A DNA stretch of 64,000 bases from Octopus sinensis (lineage: Eukaryota), in contig NW_021835988.1 of assembly GCF_006345805.1 (NCBI RefSeq), positions 62,001 through 126,000 of the forward strand, in the 5' to 3' direction. Below the pieces are notes generated by a model. The model did no database searches and was not told the DNA's origin. It saw only the letters and a list, made by a program, of their open reading frames with translations. The position numbers were made by a program, and so were the translations under genes. Within the stretch, counting starts at the first letter, position 1. Each line of letters starts with the position of its first letter. This document shows, one piece after another, positions 1-12,735 of the stretch.

Positions 1-79
1 GGGCGAATTGAGATCACTTACAGAGAAAGATGAATAAACTAATATTGTTTCTTCGAGTGCTGCACATGCGGGTGTTGCA

Positions 80-800
80 CATGCGGGGATATAAACAAAG
101 TGCCATAAGACAAGTCTCCATTCCTCACCAGACGGAGATAACTAAACTCAAACCAAATGGGCATTTCACTGGTGGATCTGACATGGTAGGTTCGTAACTT
201 TCAGGACCGCGTCAAGTTATAATAATTGCAGAGCAGAAGATGGAGAGACCTCAGCATCTGGTTATGCCTTCATGTGTAATCATGGTAAAGCATACTCCCG
301 CACTCCGTGACTCTCGTCTTTTACCGTGATTACACTGTTTCCGTTGACTATTAAAAAATTCCTATCCCGCCAATATGAGAATAATTCTTCTGGTTGGGAG
401 AGTTATTCTGCCACGTTGACGACGATAATAGTCACTGTGTGGGTTTTCCAGGCAGCAAAAAAGAGTCTTGTGAAGACTTTAAAGTATTTATTAGGGATTC
501 CCTCTGAAGTTTGATCAATTCCTTCACATTAATTTGAATGGCACTTGGACCATACTTGCCGACACGTAGCTTTTGTGGTCCCAAGGTGTGCACCACGCGC
601 TTTTTTAACAGCAAAGAGGGCAGCCTTCCTTTGGGATACACTTGACTCACTCCACAAAGTGTCGTCCATCTTGGTAAGAATTCTTTTACTTAAGTAGACA
701 ATGTTAGTTATTCCACGTCCTAGCTGTTCGCAAGACAAGTATAATCTCTATTTTTTGTCAACACAATAAGGTCTATTTCATCACACTCACTTGGCTTGAA
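80..800 (-). pseudogene. Degenerate Ty3/Gypsy integrase-region remnant
   Basis: Broken minus-strand frames give GAHLGTTKATCR, PEELFSYWRDRNFL, THEGITRC and YEPTMSDPPVKCPF, resembling the Gypsy linker, H2C2 zinc finger and integrase start; many stops and frameshifts. Confidence 0.4.
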
Positions 801-943
801 TTCGATCATACCAATGTAGTAGTTTAGGGAATCGGCTCCTGCAGTGAGAAGGATGGGCAAAGAATAATCCTCAACCCAGCATGTGGACATGACCGAATTG
901 ACATGCGACTAGGATAATGCGCAAGTTGGCAACCATTGGAGTA

Positions 944-2824
944 CAGTACGACCCCGGTTTGGGGCAGACCCCATGGGTGGGGCACCCTCGGGTTTTGGGG
1001 CACCCCCGCTTTTAGGGGCAGTTTTTGAAAACAGTAAATTTTTCATTCTATTATTTATTTTTGATGACCCCGGTTTGGGGCACTTATTTAATTTATTTAA
1101 TTACAAAATGTTAGTTTATTTATTAATTATTAATTAATACTATTATTTCACGTGTTTATTTTGACTTTAGTATGGTTCGTAAAAAGAATTCAAAGATTAA
1201 TTATGAAACAAAAATTAAAATCGCTAAAGATATAAAACATGGTCAATTTTCAGAAAGAGATCTTGCTAAAAAGTATAAAACGAGCAAAGGTATCTTTTTT
1301 AACTAATTATTAATTACAGGTACTATTTCTCGCATTAAACAAAATTTTGTTTATTATTTTGACGCGGGATTAACTGAATCCGATAGAATCAAGGAATCAC
1401 ATGATCCAAATAATGAATTAGATAGATTAGTTTTTGAAACTTTTCTACGTCTGAGAGATGAATTTCTTCCAATTTCTGGAACTATCTTAAAACTGATTGC
1501 AAAAAAATTATCTAAAAAGATAAATTATGAATCATTTAAGGCATCAAATGGATGGCTAGACCGGTTCAAGAAAAGACACGAGTTGCTATTTAAAACTATA
1601 AGTGGAGAAAAGAATTCATCTGACCTTTCTACGGTTTCCAATTTTTTTGCTGATTATGACAACTGTTTGGAAACTGTAGGAAGTGAAAATATTTTTAACT
1701 GTGATGAAACAGCTTTATACATAAAGCGAACGCCGTCGAAATCTTTTGTTCAATTTAATGACAAATGCAATGGAATTAAAATGAGCAAAGAGAAAGTTAC
1801 CCTTCTCCTTTGTTGTAATGCACTTGGTGAAAAGTTAAAACCTCTATTAATTGGAAAATTCAAATCTCCTAGGTGTTTAAAAAATTTTAACGCAGAGGAT
1901 CACGGAGTACTATATGCTGCATCAAAAAATTCGTGGATGACTAGTGATATTTTTGGGAAATGGTTATGGAAAGTAAATCAAGATATGATCAATGAAAAGA
2001 GAAAAATTGTCTTAATACTGGATAATGCGAGCTGTCACAGAAATACAGAATATTCCAATGTTTATTTACTTTTTCTTCCCAAAAATACGACCGCTTTAAT
2101 TCAACCCCTAGATATGGGAATAATAAAATCCTTCAAGTCCCTCTATTTCAATAAACTGATTGATTTTACTCTTATATTTGAAAAAGAACAGCTTTCTGAT
2201 TTGAATTTGAATAATGTCAATCTTAGACAAGTCATTACAGTTGTCGGGGAGGCATGGAAAATGATGTCAGAGACAACGATAATTAATTGCTGGCAGAAAA
2301 TAAATGAAAACAGATCAAAAATTTCGGATAATGTACAGTTGGACGAAGAATTAATAGATGACGTGATTTCAGATGTTATTTCAATGGATTCGACAGATAT
2401 TATTGAGGACAAAATTACTTATGATGGATATGAATCTAAAAAATCATCAATTAAAGAAATCATAAACATCGTGAATTCTCTAGAAGATAATATTTTCAGT
2501 ACATGTCCACAATTTTTGAAAATCTACTACGAATTTAGAAAAAACCTATCAGGAGAACTGAAAAAAAACCAATTCGGTGAGAAAATTACTGATTACTTTT
2601 AATAGTATTTTTTGTTGGATTTATTAAAATTTTTAAATTTTATTAAGAAAGGACTATGTTAGAATTTTTATTAATATTAAATAATTTTAATTTATAGTCT
2701 AAAATGCAATAAAAATCTATTGAGGAGAAAATAAAAGCAAAAAATCTTTACCCTCGCATTTTGGGGCACCCCCGCTTTTTGGGGCACTATGATAAAAATG
2801 CTACCCCAAACCGGGGTCGTACTG
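944..2824 (+). mobile_element. pogo/Tigger DNA transposon, apparently intact (1881 bp)
   Basis: TIR CAGTACGACCCCGGTTTGGGG at 944 and its reverse complement ending 2824; TA TSD at 942-943 and 2825-2826; subterminal GGGGCAC repeats. Confidence 0.95.
1172..2602 (+). CDS. pogo/Tigger transposase (HTH, CENP-B HTH, DDE_1) with one 30-nt intron at 1290-1319
   Basis: ATG 1172 MVRKKNSKINYE..; the intron gtatc..tacag carries an in-frame TAA; FKASNGWLDRFKKRH, FNCDET, ILDNASCH and QPLDMGII motifs. Confidence 0.92.
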
Positions 2825-3064
2825 TACTACTCCTTAATCGTCCCAGGTTTGTCCCAGAAGAGTCGATGAAATTAATGAACCCCGAATCGAGTGGAATTGC
2901 GACAAGAGACGTCCCCTTACTCACCGCAATTCTACAATAATTGGAAGAAGGAGACCGATTGGGTGAGGTTGGGAGAGAGACAGACAGTCGGTTGACTTGC
3001 GGAGGTCGAATATTCTGACAGTCCTGTCCTCGCTGGATGAAATGACCATGTCAGTGGGTCCGAA

Positions 3065-4270
3065 CAGGGGTCGGCAAATACTTTTGGAGAAGAGCCAATT
3101 TTGTACATTTTTGGAAATTTCGAAAAATTGAAGAGCCACCTTTTACCACTTGTCAAAAATTTAAATTCATAAAATTAAATAGACATTAATTTAAAAAATA
3201 ATTAAGAATTCATTTTAAAAAATTAAATTAATTAGACGCATTAATAAGAAATGTGATTCCTCATTTCTTTGGAGGATTGGTTAATGTCTGGGTCGTAAGT
3301 CGTTAATTTTAATTTGAGGTTAGATTCTAAATTGTACTTCTAGGTGGATAATACAATGTAGAGTAATCACTTCATGATCAATTCTCCTTTTAATTAAAGT
3401 TATAAATCCCTTTCTCGATTGAAATCACCGTCACCGTCAGTTGAAATTGAAACCATTTTATTAAGAGGAATATAATTCGTTTCAAAATATTCTACGACTG
3501 CGCCAACAAGATCTTTACCACGGGTTTGACCCTTTAAAGGCAATAATGCCAAAAGTTCTTGCCTCAGGAAACCTCGAGACACATAACGAACAAACAGAGA
3601 CACCTAAGTATGACATGAACAATGATACTTGTGAAATGTCATTTATATCACATGATTCATCTATTGCTATTGAAATTGAATTAGACAATTTCATGTCAGA
3701 AACTTGTTGAACAGATACATTCGAAGACATCTTAAAAGTCCTGGTGGCTACTATGTTCGCAGATAAAGATATATTCATTATCTTATTCACGATTTCAGCT
3801 TTATTTGAAAAATCGTGAAAAAGTTCTTCAGAGGTTTTAATGAAACATGCCTTTATAAATTCGCCATCGGTAAATGGTTTCCCCTTTTTGCGATCTCGTG
3901 GCTTATCAAAAAACTGGCAATATTTGCAGTCCTGGCATTGTGATACCAATATTTAAAAGCGGAATTCTCAACCTGATTATTCTTTGCAAGTTCCTCTACA
4001 GCTTTGTTTCGGGAATCACCAATTGGATATTTTTTTGCGAAATTTGAGTGTTTTGTGTTAAAGTGTCTCTCTAAATTTGACTTTTTATTTTGATTCAAAG
4101 TTTCCTGGCAAATGAGACATTTCGGTAGTTGTTCTGAATTAGAAGTGAATGCAAAAAAATAGTTAAAAATTGAAATCATTTATTACAAAAATTGCTAAAA
4201 ATTGAAACGAGCCTACCGTAAGAGTTAAAGAGCCTTCAAAGGCTCGCGAGCCTGCTTTTGCCGACCCCTG
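3065..4270 (-). mobile_element. hAT (Charlie/GTF2IRD2-SPIN-like) internally deleted element
   Basis: TIR CAGGGGTCGGCAAA at both ends; perfect 8-bp TSD GGTCCGAA (3057-3064, 4271-4278); BED finger PKCLICQE..NLERHFNTKH, KPFTDGEFIK, IAIDES, ISTDG; frameshifted and truncated. Confidence 0.93.
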
Positions 4271-5164
4271 GGTCCGAAGATGGCAGAATTGACCGGCCGA
4301 GGAATGACTCGGACAGCTTACTGTGAGTGGAAGGAATAAGTCTTGACGGCTGACCCTCCACTCCGCAAGTCCCACAACTTGAAGATGCAGTCCGCAGAAA
4401 CAGAAAAAGCAAGAATATTGCACGTCACCACATTTCTGACTGGGAGAGAGTGCCCGGCCAGTCTGAGCACCACTTCTCCCCTTTCTGCAGAATAGACGTG
4501 GAGGAATTGGTCGCACGACGCCGTGATGACCTGGTCGAGAGAGGCCAGCCAGTCGGCCGCGGGAACACTGTCCTTGTGTCCTTTGAGTTGCACTGATGCC
4601 ACCGACTGTGATTGTGTCGAACATATGTGAGCAGAACAGTCCCGCGAGGTTGTGAGTGCCATTTCCAGGTGGGGGTGAAATCGGACTGAGTGGACTGCCC
4701 CGCCATGTCCTTGATATATCCCGACCGGCCTCCCTGAGTGAAGATCCCACAGACGAACAGTGCGGTTTTTAACACCACATTGGCCAATACCTGCAGAACA
4801 CGTCCCGACTATGTGCTTTGTGACCTTCGATCGACAGGTAAGCAGAGACATGAGGGCTTTGACTTGGCATCCTCCTTTGGAGGTTTTTATAATTATTCTG
4901 GTGGTACATTTAATTTATCAAATAAACTAAGTTCAAAATTTTATCAAAAATATAATCAGTTAAATCTAAACATCAATTAAACAATTTTGACAATTAAAAA
5001 AAGTAATAATTCTCGTTTTATTATTCTAATTTTGTTTTGTGTTTTATTTCTAGTTCATTTATAGATTTTTTTATATACAATTTATTTCTTAAAAGAAAAC
5101 AGAGAGAAAAGAGAGTTAACAAGAGGACTCGTAGATGGAGAAACATTTTCCACGTACAATGGCA

Positions 5165-5335
5165 AGGGAAATCCTCTGAAGGAGCCATCCACAATCACGC
5201 GTGTCGTTTTTCTTGCGAGAAATCAGACGACCCAGCATTTTGAGGAAAATGAGTGACCTGTCACCGATTACGCCAGAGGTCTCCACGGCGATAGGGGTAA
5301 ACAGATAGCGTTCCGAGAGATTGGTGTACTTTGAT
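5165..5335 (-). mobile_element. CRE-like retrotransposon 3' (RLE) fragment
   Basis: KYTNLSERYLFTPIAVETSGVIG matches the C-terminus of the 9972-11996 element. Confidence 0.7.
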
Positions 5336-6272
5336 TACAATCATCTTGTCATAGATAAAAGACTTGTAAATAATTTTCGCTTATGTGTTCTACAAACTTA
5401 ACTTTTTTTGATTCACTCCATATGGTAAGAGATTCTGTCATTTTTTCAAAAGTAGATAGAAAGGATAATGCTTAGAAAATTTTATTTTTTGTTTTATTTG
5501 ATGAAAATATATTAGATACCCACTCTCCATTAATATAAACCACCTGAATTTTTGTTCCTAGTTGAATTCAAACAGAATCACATTATTAAATGTTATTTAT
5601 TTAATTTTTAAAAGTTTTAAATTTATCGAATTAATTACAATAAATTATTACGTGTCACGCATGTTATTTTCTTTTCTTGTGTTGTGCTTTTTGTTGTTAA
5701 TTTTTATTTCTTATTTCAATCTTTTTTATATTGATGTTTTATTTTTATTCTATTTTTTTAATTGTTTGAAGATTAATTAAATTTGATTACTGGTAAAATA
5801 TCATGGATAAATTTTATTTTGCAAGTGAATTTGAATTCATTTTATCGTTTATTTAATCTTCATTCAATGCATTTATTTAATCTTAACACAACATATAACT
5901 CTCGAAAGTTAATCAAAAACTACTTCCGAAGTTATCCACGACCTGACAGTGTTTCTCCTGGTATCTGAGTCACCACAGCAAGTTACAAACTCGTTGCCCT
6001 TAATTTAAATTCTTCTCAATTTCAAATCTCCAATTCACAAAGTCCGGCTCTGAAATTCACGTCGCACTTTGTACTAAAAATAAAAATACAACAAAAAACC
6101 AAATATCAACAAAATGCTCCAAAACCTCATCTCCTGACTGAACTACAAGAATTTCTGAAAAATCCTCGTTTTCTTTGAAATAAAAGTTGAATTCAATATA
6201 AGAACAAAAGCCAATAAACGGATGACTGCAATTGGCCAGTTCCACCTAAAGTGGACTTGAATGATTACCAGG

Positions 6273-6419
6273 GTCACTCCAATGTCCTGCTGAAAAAAGA
6301 CTAAATGCAAGGAAACGTTAATCTACAAAGTACCTTGCAACCTTCACATGTTGCGACTCCGTAATGAACTCCAGATGAACGGTCACCACAAATTTTACAT
6401 AAAATTTCATTAAAATTTC
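6273..6419 (-). pseudogene. Nuclear hormone receptor first zinc finger (ROR/HR3-like), isolated fragment
   Basis: [23 protein letters not shown], short phase-0 intron, then SFFSRTLE and a stop; second finger absent. Confidence 0.8.
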
Positions 6420-6559
6420 CTATATAAAGAGCTTTAGATTTTAAGTAATTCCGCTATTGTAAACAAAAATTTCCAACCAATAAAACTCATATTTGATAAA
6501 ATGCATTAGTTAAATCTTATAAACTATGCGCAATAACGCAAAAATAGCGGAGAAAAATG

Positions 6560-7165
6560 AGGCAATGCGCTGGAGTAGGGTCCGAGTAGAAGGCCCCTGT
6601 ATTCCTGACGTTTCAACAGCCAGGGGGACAAACACTCTCCCATTCTCAATTCCAGCGTATTTCTCAGCTTTTCTCTTCTCTGCCCGTTCAGACGGGGCTC
6701 CAGGATTCTCGATACATAATTTGATGTTCTGATTGGAAAAGGAGTTCACACACGTGACGTCCCAAACCAGACACTTTCCCCTCTGAAATGGAAATGTGGT
6801 CATCCTATCGGGTCTTCTGCCGTCCTCTACGAAAATCCCTGCAGGTTCCAATTGTGTGTGAAATCCAGCAGTTCGAAGAGATCGACAGATGATCTGGTTC
6901 AGTTCGGAATGCCATGAGGACCGTCCAATTCCGTTTCGACATTAGAGGGAGTGATATCCAAACTCGTCAGTCCACATGCCGCACCGGCATTGGTGTTTTT
7001 TATAAACGCGTAGACCGAGGCGCAGACAAACTCCAATTCTTACGGCTTTATCATTAAGAAGGCAGCCAGTTGTATTACAAGGGTAACAGTTTAGCCACGC
7101 GCCGCTTAGGGGCTGGCTGCCCGCTTGTAAACAAGCCAACCTTCTCTGGTCCATGGTTTCCTTTA
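6560..7165 (-). mobile_element. CRE-like retrotransposon fragment (CCHC + RLE)
   Basis: [53 protein letters not shown]. Confidence 0.85.
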
Positions 7166-7299
7166 GGCATGTTGTTGTATCTAATATTAATCTGTTGTTG
7201 TATCTAATATTTCTGATTTCTCTAATCCTTTCCTATTCGTATAATCTTTCTTTGTCTATTTCTTTCTATCCATTATTCGTTCTGTTATAATCTTTTCAT

Positions 7300-8280
7300 A
7301 TGGTGGTCTCTCATTCAACTCTTAATCCTGTTTCCCCCTGCTCAATCTGCAACATGGTCAACAAAGAAAGAAGGGCCGTCTCTGCTCATCGTGTTATCGG
7401 TTCTTTCATCTTTCTTGTGTCTCCCTTTCCCACCGCACTTCGGAACGTATCCCATCTTGGATCTGTCCCGCTTGTCTTTCCGGCACCCCATTACTTTCAT
7501 CTACCCCATCCGCCACCGCCACTCTCGGCACTCGATGCTCCGCTGATTCCTTCCCTTTCTCTGACCCTGTATTCGGGACCCATTCTGTCCCTTTCGTTCT
7601 CAAATCCATCAAACTCCTCCGCCGCCTCCGACAAATCCCGCACAGAATCCCAAAGGCTGCTCATATCCCAGCTGCTTCCTCTTTGTCCACCGCAATTGAC
7701 GACGCTCTGGTCTCCGACAGGGAATCCCATTTGCTTAAGTTGTTCTGCTTTGCCTCTTTCGGCCTCGGCTTTCTCCCATCCGTTAACAGAACCTCCCCCT
7801 CGCTTGCTACGACCGTCAAACATGAACTGTCTCCGTACGACGGGAACTGTTTTTCTCCCGGCTGGCTCCAGGCCTATCTCGCCAATTCAGAGCCTCTTTT
7901 CGGCGCAACATCCCCAAATCTGACTGCAGCTCCGCACGATGTCGACTACCTCTACAGAAAAGTTAATTGCAAACTTATGGACGGCGACGTCCGCGGTGCT
8001 GTCAGGCTTGTCGCCTCCTCGAGTTCCCTTTTGTCATCATCACCCGCCGTCCTGAAATCTCTCAGAGATAAACACCCCTCTCAGCCCCACGACTTCAGAC
8101 CTCAGCCGCCTTTTGCCACTCTCGCTGTCAATCCCATCGTGGTCTCGGAAGACCTCGTACTGAAAGCCTTGAGGAATTTTTCCCCAGGAAGCAGTGGGGG
8201 AGTAGACGGCCTGAGACCTGGTCATCTAAAAGATCTGACTTCTCCCACTACCGCCGAAGCTGGACGGTGGTTGTTACGCT
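7300..8280 (+). mobile_element. CRE-like retrotransposon N-terminal/pre-RT fragment
   Basis: KLMDGDVRGAVRL..LRDKHP..FSPGSSGGVDGLRPGHLKDL, typical of the CRE pre-RT region. Confidence 0.75.
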
Positions 8281-8656
8281 CGATTTTTACAAAAAACTTA
8301 ACTAAATAGTTAATATTTTTACGCAAATTCTTCTGATTGCGCTGTCAATTGGTGGTAAATTGTGTTAATGATTGTGCTAATGTGGTTTCAACTATCAAAG
8401 TGTTTTTCAAAATCCGTTAATTGCACACTCTATTCAAGGTCGTGCAATCTGTAATTGCACATTCTGTCAAAGTCAAATATGATAATAGCTTTAATTTTGA
8501 TTCATGGTCGATAATGATATATGCATTTAATTTTAAAGAGAAAATCATAGGATGAATTGAATTTCTTTATCGCGAATAATTGGGAGTTCATCATTGTTAA
8601 TATTCTCGCTGTCGTTTTCATCAAGGATATTCTTAATACGTGAGATTTTTGCCTCG

Positions 8657-9362
8657 AAGGTTTTAATGGACCTCATCATGAATGTCGAGGACATTAACGT
8701 TGTTCATTTTAATCAAATGCAGAAAATAATTTTTTGATTTTTTGGCGGGAAGGTTTTAAGGACCTCATCATGTAAGTCGAGGACATCGTAGTTGTTCATT
8801 TTAACCAAAATGCAGAAAATTTTTTTTTAATCTTTTTTTGGGGGGAAGGTTTTAAGGACCTCATCATGTAAGTCAAGGACATCGTAGTTGTTCATTTTAA
8901 CCAAAATGCAGAAAATTTTTTAAATCTTTTTTTGGCGGGAAGGTTTTAAGGACCTCATCATGTAAGTCGAGGACATCGTAGTTGTTCATTTTAACCAAAA
9001 TGCAGAAAATTTTTTTTTAATTTTTTTTTGGGGGGAAGGTTTTAAGGACCTCATCATGTAAGTCGAGGACATCGTAGTTGTTCATTTTAACCAAAATGCA
9101 GAAAATTTTTTTTTAATCTTTTTTTGGCGGGAAGGTTTTAAGGACCTCATCATGTAAGTCGAGGACATCGTAGTTGTTCATTTTAACCAAAATGCAGAAA
9201 ATTTTTTTTTAATTTTTTTTTGGGGGAAGGTTTTAAGGACCTCATTATGTAAGTCGAGGACATCGTAGTTGTTCATTTTAACCAAAATGCAGAAAATTTT
9301 TTTTTAATTTTTTTTGGGGGGAAGGTTTTAAGGACCTCATCATGTAAGTCGAGGACATCGTA
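8657..9362 (+). repeat. Tandem satellite, ~95 bp unit, ~7.4 copies
   Basis: GAAGGTTTTAAGGACCTCATCATGTAAGTCGAGGACATCGTAG.. starts at 8657, 8749, 8845, 8939, 9035, 9131, 9226, 9321. Confidence 0.97.
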
Positions 9363-9476
9363 GGGTGGAAGATTCTTGGAGGAGTTCATGATTTTAAGCT
9401 TGTTCCCCATTATTGGCTAATTATAAGGGGGAAAGATTTTGACAATTTATCTGTACTTTGCCAATTTGAAGTTGGT

Positions 9477-9545
9477 GTGTACACACAGGCAGACAGACAG
9501 ACAAACAGACAGACAGACACACACCATACCATTTTATTATTAAGA
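9477..9545 (-). repeat. (GTCT)n microsatellite with TCTTAATAATAAAA end; possible non-autonomous Helitron/Helentron terminus
   Basis: Minus strand reads TCTTAATAATAAAATGG..GTCTGTCTGTCTG, just upstream of the tandem array. Confidence 0.45.
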
Positions 9546-9554
9546 AAAAGAAAA

Positions 9555-9811
9555 TTAGTTGGAGGCATCAATCTCGGACTGAGTCTGCTCGATCATTTCG
9601 TTGATGGAATTCTCCATTTCGTCAATCCGTCCGCCCATTTGGTCGACTGCGAGTCAGCCACGACAATACTTTTGGCCATTATATCCTCGGACATGCTCTC
9701 GAATTTGCTCTGCAGTTGTTCCAACAGATTCTGGATCTCGTTCGACTCCTCCATTGCCTTTCGAGTTTCCTCGTTTATGTCCATTTCTGACTTGTTTCCC
9801 GACTCCGCCAT
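9555..9811 (-). CDS. HSBP1: Heat shock factor-binding protein 1, one 23-nt intron (9647-9669)
   Basis: Spliced product ..IQNLLEQLQSKFESMSEDIMAKIDQMGGRIDEMENSINEMIEQ.. matches the HSBP1 coiled coil. Confidence 0.9.
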
Positions 9812-9949
9812 CCTACTAAACAGAGATCACTTATTGGGCATACCACACAACCAAACAACAATTCCTTTATTTTTATGTCATTTCATTATTACTTTTTTTT
9901 TTTTTAATAAAGAAACATTCATTATTAATAATGTCAGTTAATAAATTCA

Positions 9950-11996
9950 GAGAAGAGATTGATTTGAGAAATCAATTGAGGAAGCCCGCTGCCTGTATGG
10001 AAAGCGAGTTCCCTCGGAGTATGGCTATTCCGATCCTTTGTCTTAGCCATACTCCTTCACGAGGATCATTTTTCTTTGTGGCGAGCATTCTTCCGAGTTC
10101 GCGCAAGAACTCGGCAGTCGCTGGGCCAACAGCTCCTGATGACTCAGCCGCAACAGGGGTGAATCTGTAGCGGTCCCCGAGGAAGGAATATTTTTTGGTT
10201 TTAAGGTTTTCCGCGATTGAGGCAGCTGCTCCAGGTGTCTGAACCGATTTAAGGAGATTCGTGCTTGAGTAAGTATCGACGCAAGTTGCGTCCCAGACCA
10301 AAGATCGTCCGGAGTTGAAAGGGAAAAGAGTCATCCCGTCAGGTCTCTTTCCATCACCTCGATCGAGACCCACTGGCTCAAGCTGTGCTGGGAAGCCTGC
10401 AGCCTTCAGAGCTCTGACGATCACGTCGTTCAGAGCGGCGTGACGTGGTCCTCTTCCGGCGGATCTCCTGCAGGACAGCGGGTGCAATCCCTTCGCATCG
10501 ACCGTTTTCCCGCAGCGGCACCGGTGCTCCTGGCAAACGTCTAGTCCAAGTCTTTGTCCGATTCCAATCCTCAAAGAATCGTCGTCCAAAAAAGTCCCGA
10601 GATTTGGGCAAGGGATTGCACCAAGCCATGCTCCGCTCCCTCCACTTGAGGCTGACACCAGGCAAGCAAGGCGATGTTGATTTGCTTCTTTTTTAAGCCC
10701 TTCTGAAATTTTGGAGCAGACAATGTTATCCCAGTTCCTTTGTTTCGTTGTGTCTTCGGGGATTTTGAGTCCTGACCCGTTCCAATCCCGGCAAGCTTCA
10801 TCAAATGACTCATTCCAGCGAAGTCCAATAGTGTGACGAAGGACTTGCCGTGTCAGATGGCTGCAACTTGAGAGAGACAATAAATATGCCGGGTACGCGG
10901 CCTCCAGCGCCGATCTTAGACCGACACCCCAAATCCAGAGGGAAGCTTACATTGCTTCCAAACAAGTTCGTCGAAGCGGACGTTGATTAGTGACTCAACA
11001 TTTTGTTTGAGAGATTTGTCAATCAAAAGTAGACTATCGTAATGTTCGTGGCAGGGTGAACTTCGCAGTAGTAAAAGCTTGGGTAGTCCGGTGTTGTTTC
11101 TCATTAGGAAGAAGGATGTGTGAGAGTCGAGGCATGACAATCTTTTTGCGAGGCGAGACAATTCTTCATTTTTAGAAAGTAGATGGTTCCTGAGTTCGTC
11201 TTCACTGAGTGGACATCCAAGGAAATATAGTTTATCAACTGGCACAGTCGGGATCCCGGGAAGCAGTTCGTTGAAAAACTCCTTGATAGAGAGAAAGTCG
11301 GTGTTTGAGTATGAGACATTTATTAACTCTGATTTGTTAATATTGATGTCCAATCCCAAGTGTTTTAATGCGGGAAGTGCTTGACGTAAAGAATTGTATG
11401 TTTCCTCGAATGATCCTCCAATTGTGGCATCGTCGAGATACCAGAGATTTAGTTGTGCGTCAATTGATCTCACAACATCATCAATTGTCAGGGCAAATAA
11501 GAGGGGTCCGAGCGGATCTCCCTGCTGGACACCAGTTTTTGATTTGATGATTTCATCATCAAAAACCAGAGACGTATCTTCTCCGTATGACAATTTAACA
11601 AGAGGGAAAAGCATGGGAGCCCTCTTCCAACACGTTTCCATAATGGAGTCTCTTCTGAGAGAATTGAATGCATTGGTTATGTCCAATTTGATTCCAATGC
11701 ATTCGTTTGCAGTATTCTTCTGTGTGAAGAAACGCCTTGCCGCATGAACCGCCGCCTCACATCCGTTCTGGATACTAACACCCATTTGTTCTGGGAAGAA
11801 CTCCGCACCGAGTGGGCGGCTCACGAGGGTCGAAGCAATCTTCGCTGCGAGTCTTCTGAAATAGTTCCAGACCGCAATGGGGCGGATTCCTCCGTTGGGT
11901 TTTTTGAACGCGAGTAGCCTTGCGGAGAAGAGCAATTCTCTGGCATACTCCGGGATGTCGCCATTCACCATTTTCCTTATTAGGTCGGCCTTTCAT
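9950..11996 (-). mobile_element. CRE-clade non-LTR retrotransposon, 5'-truncated (RT + CCHC + RLE), frameshifted
   Basis: GGIRPIAV, KLDITNAFNS, GVQQGDPLGP, WYLDD, CRCG..HPLSC, RHAALND, GDGKRPDG, VWDATC. Confidence 0.92.
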
Positions 11997-12149
11997 TATT
12001 ACTTAATTATTATTCCTTCAAAATAAATATACGACAAAGGGGACGAAGGGTGACAAATAATTTTATTATATACAATCAAATCACTCTAAACCGATTCCTA
12101 TAGAGGGGAGACCGGTATATTGCACATCAAATTTACTTATAACGACAAA

Positions 12150-12670
12150 GTGATATTAATAAAAATTTGTCAATAAGGATTGGCTCGTTTTTAGCCTCGA
12201 TTTAGCAATCGTTTTATTTTTTGGATAGATCAGTCTGTCGACGGGATCGAGTAATGCAGGGTCTTGAATGCAAACAAAGTGGCAGATTTAGCATTTTTTG
12301 AACATTTGTGCGTAGTAATTTCTCTATATTTTCTGGCTCTGTTTGCTTATTTGAGTCATCGTCATTATCTTCAGAAGCTGAGACTGTTTGTATTGGCCAA
12401 CGGGGAATGATTCCTATTCATTGAGATTTTCAGTGGGTAGTTAAAAATCCAAGTTGACAAATTCTTCTTCTGTCACGTGATTACCGACTAGTTTATTCAT
12501 GAGGGATATGAACACTAAATTGTTTGCATGATTGTTGTGTAAATTATATTTTTACAGGAATGCCACACTTATTAAGCAGGGGAAGATTGTGTTTTATTTC
12601 ACATCCATCCAAGCTGTGCTAATCCATTAATAGCATCTAAAAAAGAATTTTTGGCAGGTGGTGTCGCAAA
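12150..12670 (-). pseudogene. pogo/Tigger transposase C-terminal remnant
   Basis: FLDAI.WISTAWMDV..TI.PC..KCGI, EEFVNLD and QSLLTNF in broken frames. Confidence 0.55.
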
Positions 12671-12735
12671 AGAGGAACAAGGAAATATTAAAGCAAATAA
12701 TTAGGTTAGTCAATTAGTAACATCCAAAATGTAGG

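Larger units (their letters stand above)
820..4851 (-). pseudogene. WDR37: WDR37-like WD40 gene copy interrupted by a pogo and a hAT insertion
   Basis: Removing 944-2824 and 3065-4270 plus micro-introns gives RTVRLWD..GHGGAVHSVRFHP..LKGHKDSVPAADWL..NSAIFGPTDMVISSSEDRTVRIFDLR..VAIPLDSG..LGRLRSST..SHVNSVMSTCWVED..LLTAGAD, collinear with WDR37; two acceptors look mutated (AA, CG) and the 5' end is missing. Confidence 0.8.

Noticed and set aside
4296-4319. Non-canonical GT-CG intron class
   Set aside because: Seen only in decayed copies (WDR37, NDUFA13-like); simple mutation of AG is more likely
8657-9362. CRISPR-like array
   Set aside because: Units are contiguous near-identical repeats with no unique spacers, no cas genes, eukaryotic context
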